This document shows positions 22,540 to 32,095 of a stretch of DNA of 64,000 nt, piece by piece. The DNA is from an uncultured Gammaproteobacteria bacterium (GTDB lineage: Bacteria > Pseudomonadota > Gammaproteobacteria > JACCXJ01). The notes under the pieces are model-generated. The model worked only from the letters and a program-made list of their open reading frames with translations. It was not told the DNA's origin and made no database searches. Position numbers and translations under genes: made by a program. How positions within the stretch are numbered: position 1 is the stretch's first letter; each line of letters opens with the position of its first letter. The stretch covers positions 64,001 through 128,000 of the forward strand of contig CAVXTM010000015.1 in assembly GCA_963764725.1 (NCBI GenBank). Reading direction: 5' to 3'.

Positions 22540-23373
22540 ATGAAATTTAAGGTCGCCTGTATCCAGAACTGTGCCGACGACGATGTGGCCGAAAACATCA
22601 CGATGGCGACGGAGCTTGTGCGCGCGGCGCGCGAGGCGGGTGCCGATCTCATCTGCTTGCCGGAGAATTTTTCCCTGATCCAAGTCAACGATGCGCGCCT
22701 GCTGGCGCAAGCCCATACGGAAGAAACGCACCCCGCGATCCCGCACTTCGAGGTTTTGGCGCGCGAGCTCGGCGCCTGGATCTTGATGGGTTCCTTGGCG
22801 ATCAAGGTGCCCTCTGGGAAGATCAACAACCGCTCGTATTTGCTCGATGATAACGGGCATGTCATCGCCTCATACAACAAGCTCCATCTCTTCGATGTAA
22901 ATCTTAAGGCCGGAGAAAGCTACCGGGAATCTGCCACCGTCGAGCCGGGGGATCGGGCCGTGGTGGCAGCCACGCCTTGGGGCGGGATCGGGCTGTCGGT
23001 GTGTTACGATTTGCGTTTCGCGCACCTCTACCGAGCGCTTGCCCAGGCAGGGGCATGGTATCTCTCGATCCCCGCGGCCTTTACGCGCACGACCGGGCAG
23101 GCGCACTGGCACGTGCTGCAGCGGGCCCGCGCTATCGAGACAGGGAGTTATGTTTTCGCCCCGGGTCAGTGCGGTATGCGGCGCAGCGGCCGGGCAACCT
23201 ACGGGCATTCGTTAATCGTGGACCCTTGGGGGCGGATACTGGCCGATGGCGGTGACGAATCTGGATTTGTCATTGCCGAGGTTGACTCCGCGAGGGTCGA
23301 GGAGGCCAGGCAGATGATCCCAGCGTTGCAGCATGACCGTGACTTTACCGGTCCCGAAGCGGATGCGCTTTAA
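22540..23373 (+). CDS. Carbon-nitrogen hydrolase (Nit1-like deaminated glutathione amidase)
   Basis: LPE, YNKLHLFD, CYDLRF triad, RAIE, YGHS. Confidence 0.92.
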   Translation: MKFKVACIQNCADDDVAENITMATELVRAAREAGADLICLPENFSLIQVNDARLLAQAHTEETHPAIPHFEVLARELGAWILMGSLAIKVPSGKINNRSYLLDDNGHVIASYNKLHLFDVNLKAGESYRESATVEPGDRAVVAATPWGGIGLSVCYDLRFAHLYRALAQAGAWYLSIPAAFTRTTGQAHWHVLQRARAIETGSYVFAPGQCGMRRSGRATYGHSLIVDPWGRILADGGDESGFVIAEVDSARVEEARQMIPALQHDRDFTGPEADAL

Positions 23374-23388
23374 GCGCTCAGTGCATCG

Positions 23389-23404
23389 TTAAGCATAGGT
23401 TAAG
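23389..23404 (+). promoter_or_regulatory. TTAAG-N6-TTAAG response regulator box
   Basis: TTAAGcataggTTAAG upstream of the PepSY-regulator-kinase operon. Matches the published BqsR/CarR consensus. Confidence 0.75.
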
Positions 23405-23466
23405 CAGCTCTCGGTAAACTTCTCTTGGTGATGAAGAATGGATACAGGTTGGCCAGCCCGCCAAGT

Positions 23467-23784
23467 ATGTTGACAGTACATTTCCCGCGGTCGCGACGCG
23501 GGGACCTGGCACGCGCCGCGAGCGCGGTGTTGCTCGCCTGCCTAATCGCCCTGCCGCAGGCGGTGAGCGCGGATCAAGAGGGACGTAACCGGGAGCGGTC
23601 CCGGGGCGGTGGCGAGCGATCCCGGATCGACCCGGACCGGGCGGCGTCCATCGCCCGCCAAAAGTCCGGGGGACGGGTGCTCGGGGTGCAGCCGGGGCGC
23701 AATCGCCACAGTGTCAAGGTGCTGTCCCCCGATGGCCGTGTGTACAAGATCGAAGTCGATCCGCGCACCGGCGACGTACGTTAA
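23467..23784 (+). CDS. PepSY domain protein
   Basis: Signal-like segment, then AASIARQKSGGRVL...VKVLSPDGRVYKIEVDPRTG. Start uncertain. Confidence 0.8.
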   Translation: MLTVHFPRSRRGDLARAASAVLLACLIALPQAVSADQEGRNRERSRGGGERSRIDPDRAASIARQKSGGRVLGVQPGRNRHSVKVLSPDGRVYKIEVDPRTGDVR

Positions 23785-23806
23785 GCGCTGCAATCAAGTT
23801 CTTCCG

Positions 23807-24499
23807 ATGCGATTGCTCTTAGTCGAAGACGAGCGTGCCCTGAGCGATCAGGTGGCGGAGCGGCTGCGCGTCGAGGGCTACGCCGTCGATATCGCGCGCG
23901 ATGGTCAAGAAGCGTTGTATATGGGCGGCGAGTTTCCCATCGATGCCGCGCTCGTTGACCTCGGTCTCCCGAAGCTATCCGGTATCGATGTGATCCGGCG
24001 CTGGCGGGCCGCCGGCCGCACGTTTCCCATCTTGATACTCACGGCGCGCGGGCGCTGGCAAGAAAAGGTGGAAGGCCTCGATACGGGGGCCGACGACTAT
24101 CTGGTTAAGCCGTTCCAATTCGAAGAGCTGCTAGCGCGCTTGCAGGCCCTGATCCGCCGCTCCAAGGGATGGGCCACGCCGTTTCTGGAATGCGGACCGG
24201 TTGCACTGAACACGGCGAGTCAATCCGTGCAGGTCGACGGCGCGCCCGTCGAGCTCACGGCCTTCGAATATAAAGTCTTGGAGTACCTGATGTTGCGCGC
24301 GGGTGAGGTGATCTCCAAGTCGGAGCTCAGCGATCACATCTACGAGGAGGAGTCGGACCGCGACAGCAACGTGCTCGAGGTGCTGGTGGCGCGGTTGCGG
24401 CGTAAGCTCGACCCCGACCGGGTGCTGCAGCCCATCGAGACCCTCCGCGGCCGCGGTTACAGATTCAACCTTGAACCGAGCGGGCGGACTCTCGCTTAA
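23807..24499 (+). CDS. OmpR-family response regulator (PhoP/BqsR-like)
   Basis: LLVEDE, DLGLP, GADDYLVKPF, winged helix ETLRGRGY. Confidence 0.95.
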   Translation: MRLLLVEDERALSDQVAERLRVEGYAVDIARDGQEALYMGGEFPIDAALVDLGLPKLSGIDVIRRWRAAGRTFPILILTARGRWQEKVEGLDTGADDYLVKPFQFEELLARLQALIRRSKGWATPFLECGPVALNTASQSVQVDGAPVELTAFEYKVLEYLMLRAGEVISKSELSDHIYEEESDRDSNVLEVLVARLRRKLDPDRVLQPIETLRGRGYRFNLEPSGRTLA

Positions 24500-25829
24500 T
24501 GCCCGGCTCCTTGTGGCCGCGAGCGTCGTGCTCGCAGCCTTCCTGGGACTCACCGGACTGACCTTGGACGAGGCTTTCAGGGAGAGCGCGCTAACGGCCG
24601 TCCGCGAGCAACTGAAGGTCCAGATCTATTCCCTGCTTGCCGCCGCTGATCTCGATGACAGCGAGAAACTAGTGGTTCCCAACCGGCTGCCGGAGGTCCG
24701 CCTCGACACCCCGGGTTCTGGCTTGTATGCCCAGGTGAACGACGCCGCGGGGGATGTGGTCTGGCGTTCCCGCTCCATGCTCGGATTGAGCTTGCCTTTC
24801 GCGGCCATCTACCGTACGGGCGAGCCGGCGTTCCATGAGCTGGTGAACTCGGAGGGGGCGCGATTCTTTGCGGTGGGTCTCGGCGTGATCTGGGAAGCCA
24901 GTCCGCAGAAGCGACACGGCTATACGTTCTACGTTGCCGAGAGCACCGAGCCGTTCAATGCCCTGGTAGGCGGTTTCCGGCGCAGTCTCTGGGCTTGGCT
25001 CCTCGGGGCCGCGCTCGTGCTCCTCGGTGTGCAAGCCCTCATCTGGCGCTGGGGGCTCGCGCCGCTGCGCCGGGTCGCCTTGGAGGTAGCGGAGATCGAG
25101 GCCGGGCGCAGGGACGAACTCGGCTCCGCCTACCCGAAGGAGCTGAGACTTCTCACGGAGAGCTTAAACACCTTTTTGAGGAACCGCAGCGCTCACCTTG
25201 AACGCTACCGCAATGCATTGGCCGATCTCGCCCATAGCCTAAAGACGCCGCTCGCGGTCATTCGGGGCGCCGTGGAGGAACGCGAGCGGGGGGAAGGATT
25301 TCAGGAGACGCTGCAAGAACAAGTCGAGCGAATCAACCAGGCCGTGGACTACCAGCTTCAGCGCGCCGCGGCCTCGGGACGGACGGTGCTCGCGGTGCCC
25401 GTGGCGGTCGCACCGCTGGTGCAGAAGCTCCAGCAGTCATTTGCCAAGGTCTACGCCGGAAAAGCGCTGCGTTTCGATTTCTCTTTGGATTCCAGGACCG
25501 TGTTCCATGGGGATGAAAGCGATCTCCTGGAGGTGCTCGGAAATCTCCTGGACAACGCTTGTAAGTGGGCGCGGCGGGAAGTGGCGCTGCGTGTCACGGT
25601 AAACGCCGAGCGGTCTGGATTGCTGCTGGAAGTAGAGGATGACGGACCGGGGATCCCGGAGAATCTATACACACTTATCAGCCAGCGCGGGGTACGCGGC
25701 GACCACAACGTCGCTGGCCACGGCATCGGACTCGCCGTGGTGCGGGAGATCGTGGAGCGGGTCTACGGAGGCACGCTAGAGTTCGGCCGTGCCGAACGCG
25801 GTGGGGCGCTAGCGCGAGTGCGACTGTAG
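24471..25829 (+). CDS. Sensor histidine kinase (PhoQ/BqsS-like)
   Basis: Two transmembrane segments, HAMP, H-box LAHSLKTPL, GNLLDNACK, DDGPG, GHGIGL. Confidence 0.95.
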   Translation: MNRAGGLSLNARLLVAASVVLAAFLGLTGLTLDEAFRESALTAVREQLKVQIYSLLAAADLDDSEKLVVPNRLPEVRLDTPGSGLYAQVNDAAGDVVWRSRSMLGLSLPFAAIYRTGEPAFHELVNSEGARFFAVGLGVIWEASPQKRHGYTFYVAESTEPFNALVGGFRRSLWAWLLGAALVLLGVQALIWRWGLAPLRRVALEVAEIEAGRRDELGSAYPKELRLLTESLNTFLRNRSAHLERYRNALADLAHSLKTPLAVIRGAVEERERGEGFQETLQEQVERINQAVDYQLQRAAASGRTVLAVPVAVAPLVQKLQQSFAKVYAGKALRFDFSLDSRTVFHGDESDLLEVLGNLLDNACKWARREVALRVTVNAERSGLLLEVEDDGPGIPENLYTLISQRGVRGDHNVAGHGIGLAVVREIVERVYGGTLEFGRAERGGALARVRL

Positions 25830-26017
25830 CCATCGCAGAGCCGAGGATGCATAGCTCCGCCCTTCCTGAGACACGTCGCCAAGCCGTGCTCCAAGCCGCT
25901 GCCACAACGCCGGCCGGTCGGTGCCGGCTGGCGTTCCGTGGATCCCCTCTGTCTCGTGCGTGGCCGACGCCTTCTGGTATCCGCACTACGGTGCCGCACC
26001 TACCATCCGGTGGTCGC

Positions 26018-26640
26018 TTAAGGAAGGGGGTGCTGCACGAAGAATGGCCACACCCAATCGGCTAGATTGAACCCGAAGGGATTGTTGGTCCCATTGGGAT
26101 ATTGATGGGTGACATCGTCAAGAAAAGCGAAGTACAACTCGTTCCCATCGATGTTGCCGGGTTGCGGAATCTGTGCACGTAGCTCTGTCCAGGTTGCACC
26201 GGTCAAGGTCGTGACCGGAGTAGCTTCAAGGTTGAAGGAGTCGAGATTCACCAGGATCCGGTTCTTGATCTGCGGGATCTTGTCGAGATCCGCGGGATTC
26301 AGTGGTAACTCCGTTATCGTAGGCATTCCCAAAGGGATCAGAAAACTGTTGATCGCCTCAAGCCCATTACCGTCCAGGGTGCCAATAGAAAAATACGCAG
26401 AAAGATTGCGGTGCCCGACCAGCGTTTCATGCACCTCGTCCAAACCTGACGTGTGGCAAGCCACCGCCGCGATGAAATCCGAGGCCTCGATGCCTAGACG
26501 TGCACATATTCCCCCGCCGATCGAGAACCCTGCCACATACACGCGCTTGGGATCGGTCGAAAGCTGTTGGATCACGTCATCACCGATTTGACGGATGAGC
26601 TTCACATCATCGGCAGGCCAAGGAGACGTCGCGGGATAGC
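26018..26640 (-). pseudogene. PHB-depolymerase/LpqC-type esterase, N-terminally truncated
   Basis: ADDVKLIRQI...DPKRVYVAGFSIGG, late His, ends WPFFVQHPLP. The N-terminal FHG region and signal peptide are missing. It abuts a CAGGAGAA leader out of frame. Confidence 0.7.
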
Positions 26641-26711
26641 GTTTTCAGGAGATTCTCCTGTGACTACTCGGGACATCGGTTGAAATGAGACGTTGGAATT
26701 CCTTTGAAGGG

Positions 26712-26750
26712 ACTGGGCTGCCGCCCCGGATGTTGAAACCGCAGCCCAGT
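26712..26750. terminator. Stem-loop after the secreted protein gene
   Basis: ACTGGGCTGC...GCAGCCCAGT inverted repeat. Confidence 0.45.
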
Positions 26751-26774
26751 TTCATTACACCTACTGGCTCTGAA

Positions 26775-27212
26775 CTAGGACAGGTGCCACGTTACTAATG
26801 TTGATGCCGTTAATATCACGGCACTCCATAACGCTTCTGTAGGAAACCAACGGTTAGTAGCGTCTTTGGAGATCGCCACGAAGAAGGCGTCTTGCGCTCC
26901 TGGCACATCGGAGGCAAATAGGGAAGTAGCGCCATCCGGGGCCTCGCGGATGTCAACCTTTACCTTTTCCGGCGAGGTAGCAAGGGGGCGTATGAGCATC
27001 ACGCTCAGTTTTTCGGGACCCGCTCCCAGGTCGGTCACATTGGCCTTAACCGTGACGGTTAACGCTGGGCATGCGAGCCGGTAAATATCCTCGGAGTTCA
27101 CGGCACCTCCCAGCGCACCGTTGACAGTGAATGCTTGTGCTAAGGACGCGCCGCCCATGCCGCCAAGTAGGACTGCTGCTGCACCCATGGTTCTAAGCGT
27201 ATTCGCTTTCAT
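26775..27212 (-). CDS. Secreted hypothetical protein
   Basis: AAGGAG RBS and signal peptide MKANTLRTMGAAAVLLGGMGGASLAQA. C-terminus may be frameshifted. Confidence 0.75.
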   Translation of the reverse strand: MKANTLRTMGAAAVLLGGMGGASLAQAFTVNGALGGAVNSEDIYRLACPALTVTVKANVTDLGAGPEKLSVMLIRPLATSPEKVKVDIREAPDGATSLFASDVPGAQDAFFVAISKDATNRWFPTEALWSAVILTASTLVTWHLS

Positions 27213-27259
27213 GATAGACTCCTTACCGTTAGCAATTGCTAACAATTAACGTCATAACA

Positions 27260-27427
27260 ATGCTGAAGTAGTCCTTCGCTGGACTGTTCAGCGTGGAAAG
27301 CAAAAGTGCGTCTTTTGCCTTCCCCCTTTGTTTTTCAATCATTGCCGGATTGAAAAACGCCGGCGCTCCCTGTGCCGCTTGCAGGCTGCCGCAAACGAGC
27401 GCCGTTTCCGGCAGCCTGTCAATTTCT
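27260..27427 (-). repeat. Repeat A copy 1: three-hairpin leader (candidate structured RNA)
   Basis: Homologous to 31621-31790. Hairpins at 27262-27292, 27330-27358 and 27382-27418. Confidence 0.85.
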
Positions 27428-27496
27428 TCGGTATCCCACGTTTCCTGGCCTCGTCCCTGACTACCGCGAGAGCCATATCCTTTCACCTGCTTGCCG

Positions 27497-28433
27497 CTAT
27501 TCGGTGTCCACCCGGTGTAGCTCTTGGTTCAACCGGTTTGCGGCTACGGAACGAATGGTCTCGTCTACATCAGAAAGCGCCTCTTGAAGCAGGGCGATCC
27601 CCTGATCCTTTGATTTCGCATTCTCGACGGCCATGATCCGAACCTCGGCGGATGGGTCCCGCAGGGCCCGCCATAAATGCCCCATCACCTCGGGCCCTCC
27701 GCGCATGGCCAGAGCCTGCACGCCATAAGCCCGCACGCTGGCGTCGTCGTCTGTCAGCGCCGTATCTAGGACCGCAGCGACAGCGCCGTCCTCTTCGGCT
27801 GTTCCGCTATCCGTGAGGGCCGCGATGGCTTGGCGACGCATCTGCGGATCTTCGTCGCGACTCATCGCCAGGAAATGGTCGGTCAACGCTTTATCCATTG
27901 GAGGTTCCGCGGCGGTTGCAGGCTTACCGGCTTTCCACGTTTCCCTGGTTGCTGTCAACGCCGACGGTGTTTGCGGGCGCGCTCTGTTGTCCCCTGGCAC
28001 CTCCACCTTGCACGTTGCCAAGTACCCACACTTCCTTCGGGAGAGAGGAAGACGAATATGCTGTGCCGCCGTAACGAAACATGAAGTCGGCCTCGGGACC
28101 GAATAAGCGCTCTATGGCTTGCCTTACTGGAAGGTTCGCGAAGGACACGGTCACCAATCCCGCGAACGGCCAGGAGTGGTGAAACCGGATCCCGGTCTGT
28201 TCTGTAATCTCGGTCAGCACTTGCATCCATGTTCCCGCCTTTGCCTCAACACTGAGCAGACCGTCTCGAAAGCTAACCCGCACCGTCGTGGCATTAGGAC
28301 GCTCAGACCTGAGCGTTGCGGACAGGCTGTCACGAGAACTCTCCGTCGATGCTTCTGCCGCCAGCCAGGTGGCGAGGATCGCCGGGACTGTAAGGCTAAG
28401 GAGCCCAGCTTTACCTAGTGTCATTCTCTTCAT
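27497..28433 (-). CDS. Secreted protein with STN/secretin-N-like domain and HEAT repeats (split by a frameshift near 27950-28020)
   Basis: ORF from MKRMTLGKAG with GLLSVEA...VLTEITEQTGIRF...VTVSFANLPVRQAIERL, continuing in an overlapping frame with ALxDxxxxVR HEAT repeats. Confidence 0.7.
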
Positions 28434-28488
28434 GCTTAATGCCCATCGCATTGCGTTGATAACAAGTCGCTCTCGTCGCACGTCGTTT

Positions 28489-28698
28489 TTATAAGAAGTA
28501 CCTGGCGACCAGCTCGCGACCCGCCCGGGTGATAAACCCGTCGTCGCTGATGAGACCAAGCTCCTGGCAGACGAGGAAGGGCATCCCGGGCATACCCTTG
28601 GGCAAATACACGGTCCCATCGCCGTAGCGGCAGGCGAGAACCCGGACCAGCTCCCTCTCGCTTGGGCTTGACATCTGATGAATCGGATAAGTGTTCAT
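28489..28698 (-). CDS. Small 69-aa hypothetical protein, copy 1 (possibly winged-helix-like)
   Basis: GGAGGAGG RBS. 64/69 aa identical to the copy at 35172-35381 with frame conserved. Confidence 0.75.
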   Translation of the reverse strand: MNTYPIHQMSSPSERELVRVLACRYGDGTVYLPKGMPGMPFLVCQELGLISDDGFITRAGRELVARYFL

Positions 28699-28846
28699 GG
28701 GACTACCTCCTCCAAGTGACGGTCGCGATCGTGCGTCGATTAGCGTGTCTCATGTACCTCCTTTTCCTATGCTTGATAAGGCGGTGCCGCATCCTCAACA
28801 ACTACCTCTCGTCGCATGCCAGGGAATTCGATTCCCCTTGAATGTA

Positions 28847-28874
28847 TATTTCTCGCGCAGCCGGAAAAGGTTCA
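28847..28874 (-). promoter_or_regulatory. ECF-type promoter TGAACC-N16-GAAATA
   Basis: TGAACC TTTTCCGGCTGCGCGA GAAATA. Same boxes and spacing as the motif upstream of the ECF sigma gene. Confidence 0.8.
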
Positions 28875-29222
28875 TTTCTGAGAGCCACCGTGTGGGCGGA
28901 CCAGCGGTTACAGCTCTAGGAGGAGATAGCAGCGATGAACTCTCACGGATGCGTTTGCACATCCCGTATGCTTGGTAGGTTGAACAGTACCAAAGGAGCC
29001 AAGCTCACTTTATTTTGCTGCGCCCTCGGCCTGCCGCGGGGGCTTGGCCTCGCATCGCTGCCCAGTCATTCGCTCTATCGCCGTGTAATTAATCGATCCT
29101 GGCCCATTTTCAGTTCCTGGGCGTGCTGGTCGGCTGTCGATCACGTGGTTTGGTGCGCCGCGGACCGCGCTTGGGTGTAGCTATTAGTCCGACCCGGTGG
29201 AGGCCGCGGCCCTACACGTGGC

Positions 29223-29335
29223 TCACTGACCCGCTGTCACCGGAATGGCGGCGCCGTTCACGAACGACGCCGCTTCCCACCAGCAGCGACACGTACGCCG
29301 CCACCTCGTCAGCGGTGCGGTAGCGGCCCACCGGG
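29223..29335 (-). pseudogene. SDR oxidoreductase C-terminal remnant
   Basis: Translates (with one frameshift) as VPVGRYRTADEVAAYVSLLV..EAASFVNGAAIPVTAGQ*, a typical SDR C-terminus. Confidence 0.6.
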
Positions 29336-29689
29336 ACAGGGCGTGCCCTACTGGGTCATCACCTCGACGTCGATGGCGCTGTCGAACAGCCAGGCCTTGC
29401 TCCAGACGTCGCGGGTCTTGAACCAGAATCCACTGGCTGCCGCGGTCGCTGCCGACCGCTTCGGTCCTGTACGACCACGGCCCGCCACTGTCACCGGGGA
29501 CCGCGTTGAGGTCTTCCATGGCTACGAGGTTCGACACCAGCCCGCCCGAGAAGGTGAGCGAGGTGACGAACGTCGAGTACACCTGGTCGCACGTCCGGGT
29601 GCCCTGCCTCGGCTGTACACGCAGTAGGTGTTGTTCACAGCTGCGGAGGTCTCCACCGAGTTGACCTCCCTGAGGTCGGTCGGGCTGGC
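29325..29689 (-). repeat. 365-bp direct repeat: 3' part of the S1 protease gene
   Basis: Nearly identical to 33711-34075 (about three differences by eye). Confidence 0.95.
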
Positions 29690-29697
29690 TGACCTCC

Positions 29698-31328
29698 TCA
29701 GTACAGGCACCGCGGCCCGGCGCTGAACTGCACGACCGGATCGGTAACGGGGTGGTTCGCCAGCGTCGGGTCACCCACGTCGCCAGTGTCGAGCGTCCGA
29801 TACAGCACGCCGGCGCTCGAGTACCAGTCCCAGATCGCGTCGTTCGAGCGAGATCGCGGCGCCGACTGAGACCCAGCCGAGGGCCGGATCGTCCGTCGAG
29901 TCCGGCGTGGTCTGCGACGTGTACACACCGGTGCTCTCCAGCCCGACGTGCTGGCGGCAGCGCGGCCCGAACACTGCGGTCACGTTGTTGCCGGTGTCGT
30001 CGAAGACCTGCTCGAGCGACTGGCGCATGAGGTCGGTGAAGTCGTCCTTCGTCGTGTATCGCCCCGTCCGTCCCACCATCAGTTGCTCGCCGGTCGGCCA
30101 CGGCGCGATCCACTGGTCGTCGATGACGCTGTCCTCGAGGTCGACGCGCACGAAGGTCTCGGTCTCGATGAACGGCACGCCGCCGTACATGAGGGTCAGC
30201 AGCGTGCCGAAGTACGAGCAGCGATCGAGGCGGCCGATCGGCTCGTAGACGGCGCGGCAGCTCTCGTCGACGAAGGCGTCTACCGCGGCGTTCCAACCGC
30301 TCGACCACGACGCCGTCGCCATCGTGATGCGGTGAGAGTAGTACGGCGTGTCGCCGAGGCCGTTGGCGTTCGTGTCGACCCAGATGTCGTTGCCGATCAG
30401 CACGTCGTCGGTCATGTCCATGTTGGCGTCGATGACGAGTCGCTTCGTCGGCGCGGCGAGCACGCCGAGGAACCAGTCGGCGTTCTGGATTGCGCCTTTC
30501 GCGCCAGCCGACGTGCCGGTGAAGATCACGTCGGTCGCGGCGTCCAGGTCGGGCACCACGGTGCCGTCGTCCGTCGTCCACGCCGGGTTCGCGTTCTCCT
30601 TGCGCAGCATGCGCCGCGCCGCCGACAGGATGGTGTGCCCGCGGTGGTCGATCGAGAAGTCGTTGCCGGCCCCCGCGGGGTCGGCGTAGTCCACGTCGCT
30701 CCCACGGCCGAGCCACGAGTCGGAGCTGCAGTAGTACATCCACACGTGCGTCCACTCGCGGAAGGCGTTGGCCGGATCGTCGGAGGTCATGCCCGCCGCG
30801 GCGCCGTTCAGCGGCAGGTCGATGACGCCGTCGGCGTTCCAGTCCGTGCTGCATCTTGTTGGCCTGGTACGGCAGGTTGCCCTGCTGCCCGCACCACCGC
30901 TCCAGGCACGCCGTGTGCGAGCTGCAGCTCCCGCCGCCCTGCACGTGCACGATCCATTTGGTCACGTCGGCGCCGCTGCCCGGGCGGACGTAGAACACGC
31001 CGGGCGAGCCGTCGTTGCACACCGCGTTTGGGAAGTCGGCGACGGGCACCGTGACGCGCCGCAGGCAGTCGCTCGTCGCCGGGTTGCAGCCCGCGATCTG
31101 TGACGCCCCCGCCGGCACGCTGGCTCCGGCGCCGCACATCGCGCCCCAGGCCGCGGATCCGGGCGCATCGGCCGCGGTCAGGATGTTGGAGTAGAGCGCT
31201 GCGCGAGCATCGTGGCTCAAGGCGGCGGCGATGAGTGCGAACGCGAGGGCGAGAGAGCGGCGCGGCTGCGACGGCGGTGAGATGCCGGCCCCGGCGCGCG
31301 GCGCGTCGATCGTCCTCTTGTCCAGCAT
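29698..31328 (-). CDS. Secreted pectinacetylesterase/Notum-family hydrolase (frameshifted near 30855 and 29850)
   Basis: AVCNDGSPGVFYVR, WIVHVQGGGSC, NAFREWTHVWMYYCSSDSWLG and GTSAG nucleophile, spread over three ORF frames. GC-richer than the flanking leaders. Confidence 0.85.
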
Positions 31329-31419
31329 GATAATCTCCACTTTCCTTGGGGTGGCGGTGGCCTGTCGCCCGATATAACCCTGTGCCATCCGAGAAGGTTG
31401 GCCACTTGCGCCCAAGGAG

Positions 31420-31541
31420 GACGGTGGGGTGCCAAAACCGGCGGCTGCGTCATACCCCCAATAGATGCCAATCAACGTCTGGTCCACGGTACGGCGCGAG
31501 TTTGAAGGCACGGTTCCCATCAACTCCGGCGTCGCAATCAC
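31420..31541 (-). pseudogene. Internal fragment of a vanadium-dependent haloperoxidase-like gene
   Basis: RTVDQTLIGIYWGYDAAAGFGTPP resembles the VCPO motif QTxxGxFWAYDGxxxxGTPP. Confidence 0.6.
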
Positions 31542-31620
31542 ACTTCTGAAGTTATATGCTTTTCCATGGATATTCTCCTGTAGTCGTTAACTTTGTTAAC
31601 GGTTGCTCTATAAAATAAGA

Positions 31621-31790
31621 ATGCTGAGGAAGTCCTTCGCTGGACTCTTCAGCGTGGCAAGCAAGAGCGGGTCTTGTGCTTTCGCCTTTTGTTTTTCAAT
31701 CGTTGCCGGATTGAAAAAACGCCGGTACCTCCGTGTACCGCTTGCAGGCTGCCGCAAACCAGCGCGGTTTCCGGCAGCCTGTCAATTTCG
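31621..31790 (-). repeat. Repeat A copy 2
   Basis: Homologous to 27260-27427, with a compensatory base-pair change in the large hairpin. Confidence 0.85.
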
Positions 31791-31801
31791 TCAGTCTCCA
31801 T

Positions 31802-32095
31802 CCTAGTGTCATTCTCTTCATGCTTAATGCCCATCGCATAACGTTGATAACAAGTCGCTCTCGTCGCATGCCAGGGAATTCGATTCCCCTTGAATCTATA
31901 TTTCCCACGCCGCCGGAAAAGGTTCATTTCTGAGAAGCCACCGTGTGGGCGGACCAGCGGTTACAACGCTAGGAGGAGATAGCAGCGATGAACATCCCAC
32001 GGATGCGTTGACACTCCCGCATGCTTGGTAGGTTGAGCAGAGTAGATGAAAGGTTTTAGAGGAGCTCTATCCGTACCCCGGGGAGTAATAAACTT
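31802..32095 (-). repeat. Repeat B copy 2
   Basis: Homologous to 35585-35879. Retains only the MKRMTLG codons before joining repeat A. Confidence 0.9.
31899..31926 (-). promoter_or_regulatory. ECF-type promoter TGAACC-N16-GAAATA
   Basis: TGAACC TTTTCCGGCGGCGTGG GAAATA. Confidence 0.8.

Larger units (their letters stand above)
28336..28987 (-). repeat. Repeat B copy 1: ECF-promoter leader module (interrupted by a 336-bp insert)
   Basis: Homologous to 31802-32095 and 35507-35879. Confidence 0.9.

Noticed and set aside
27382-27418. c-di-GMP-I riboswitch (GCAAAC-containing hairpin)
   Set aside because: Lacks the GAAA tetraloop and the GACGCAAAGC/P2 arrangement, and the resemblance is on the non-transcribed strand.
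29223-31541. 772-aa ORF as a real protein
   Set aside because: It strings together a haloperoxidase fragment, the pectinacetylesterase N-terminus, off-frame Arg-rich translation and protease/SDR remnants.
31531-31567. Selenocysteine read-through of the TGA in MEKHITSEV*
   Set aside because: The downstream homologous fragment is in a different frame and no SECIS-like hairpin was recognised.
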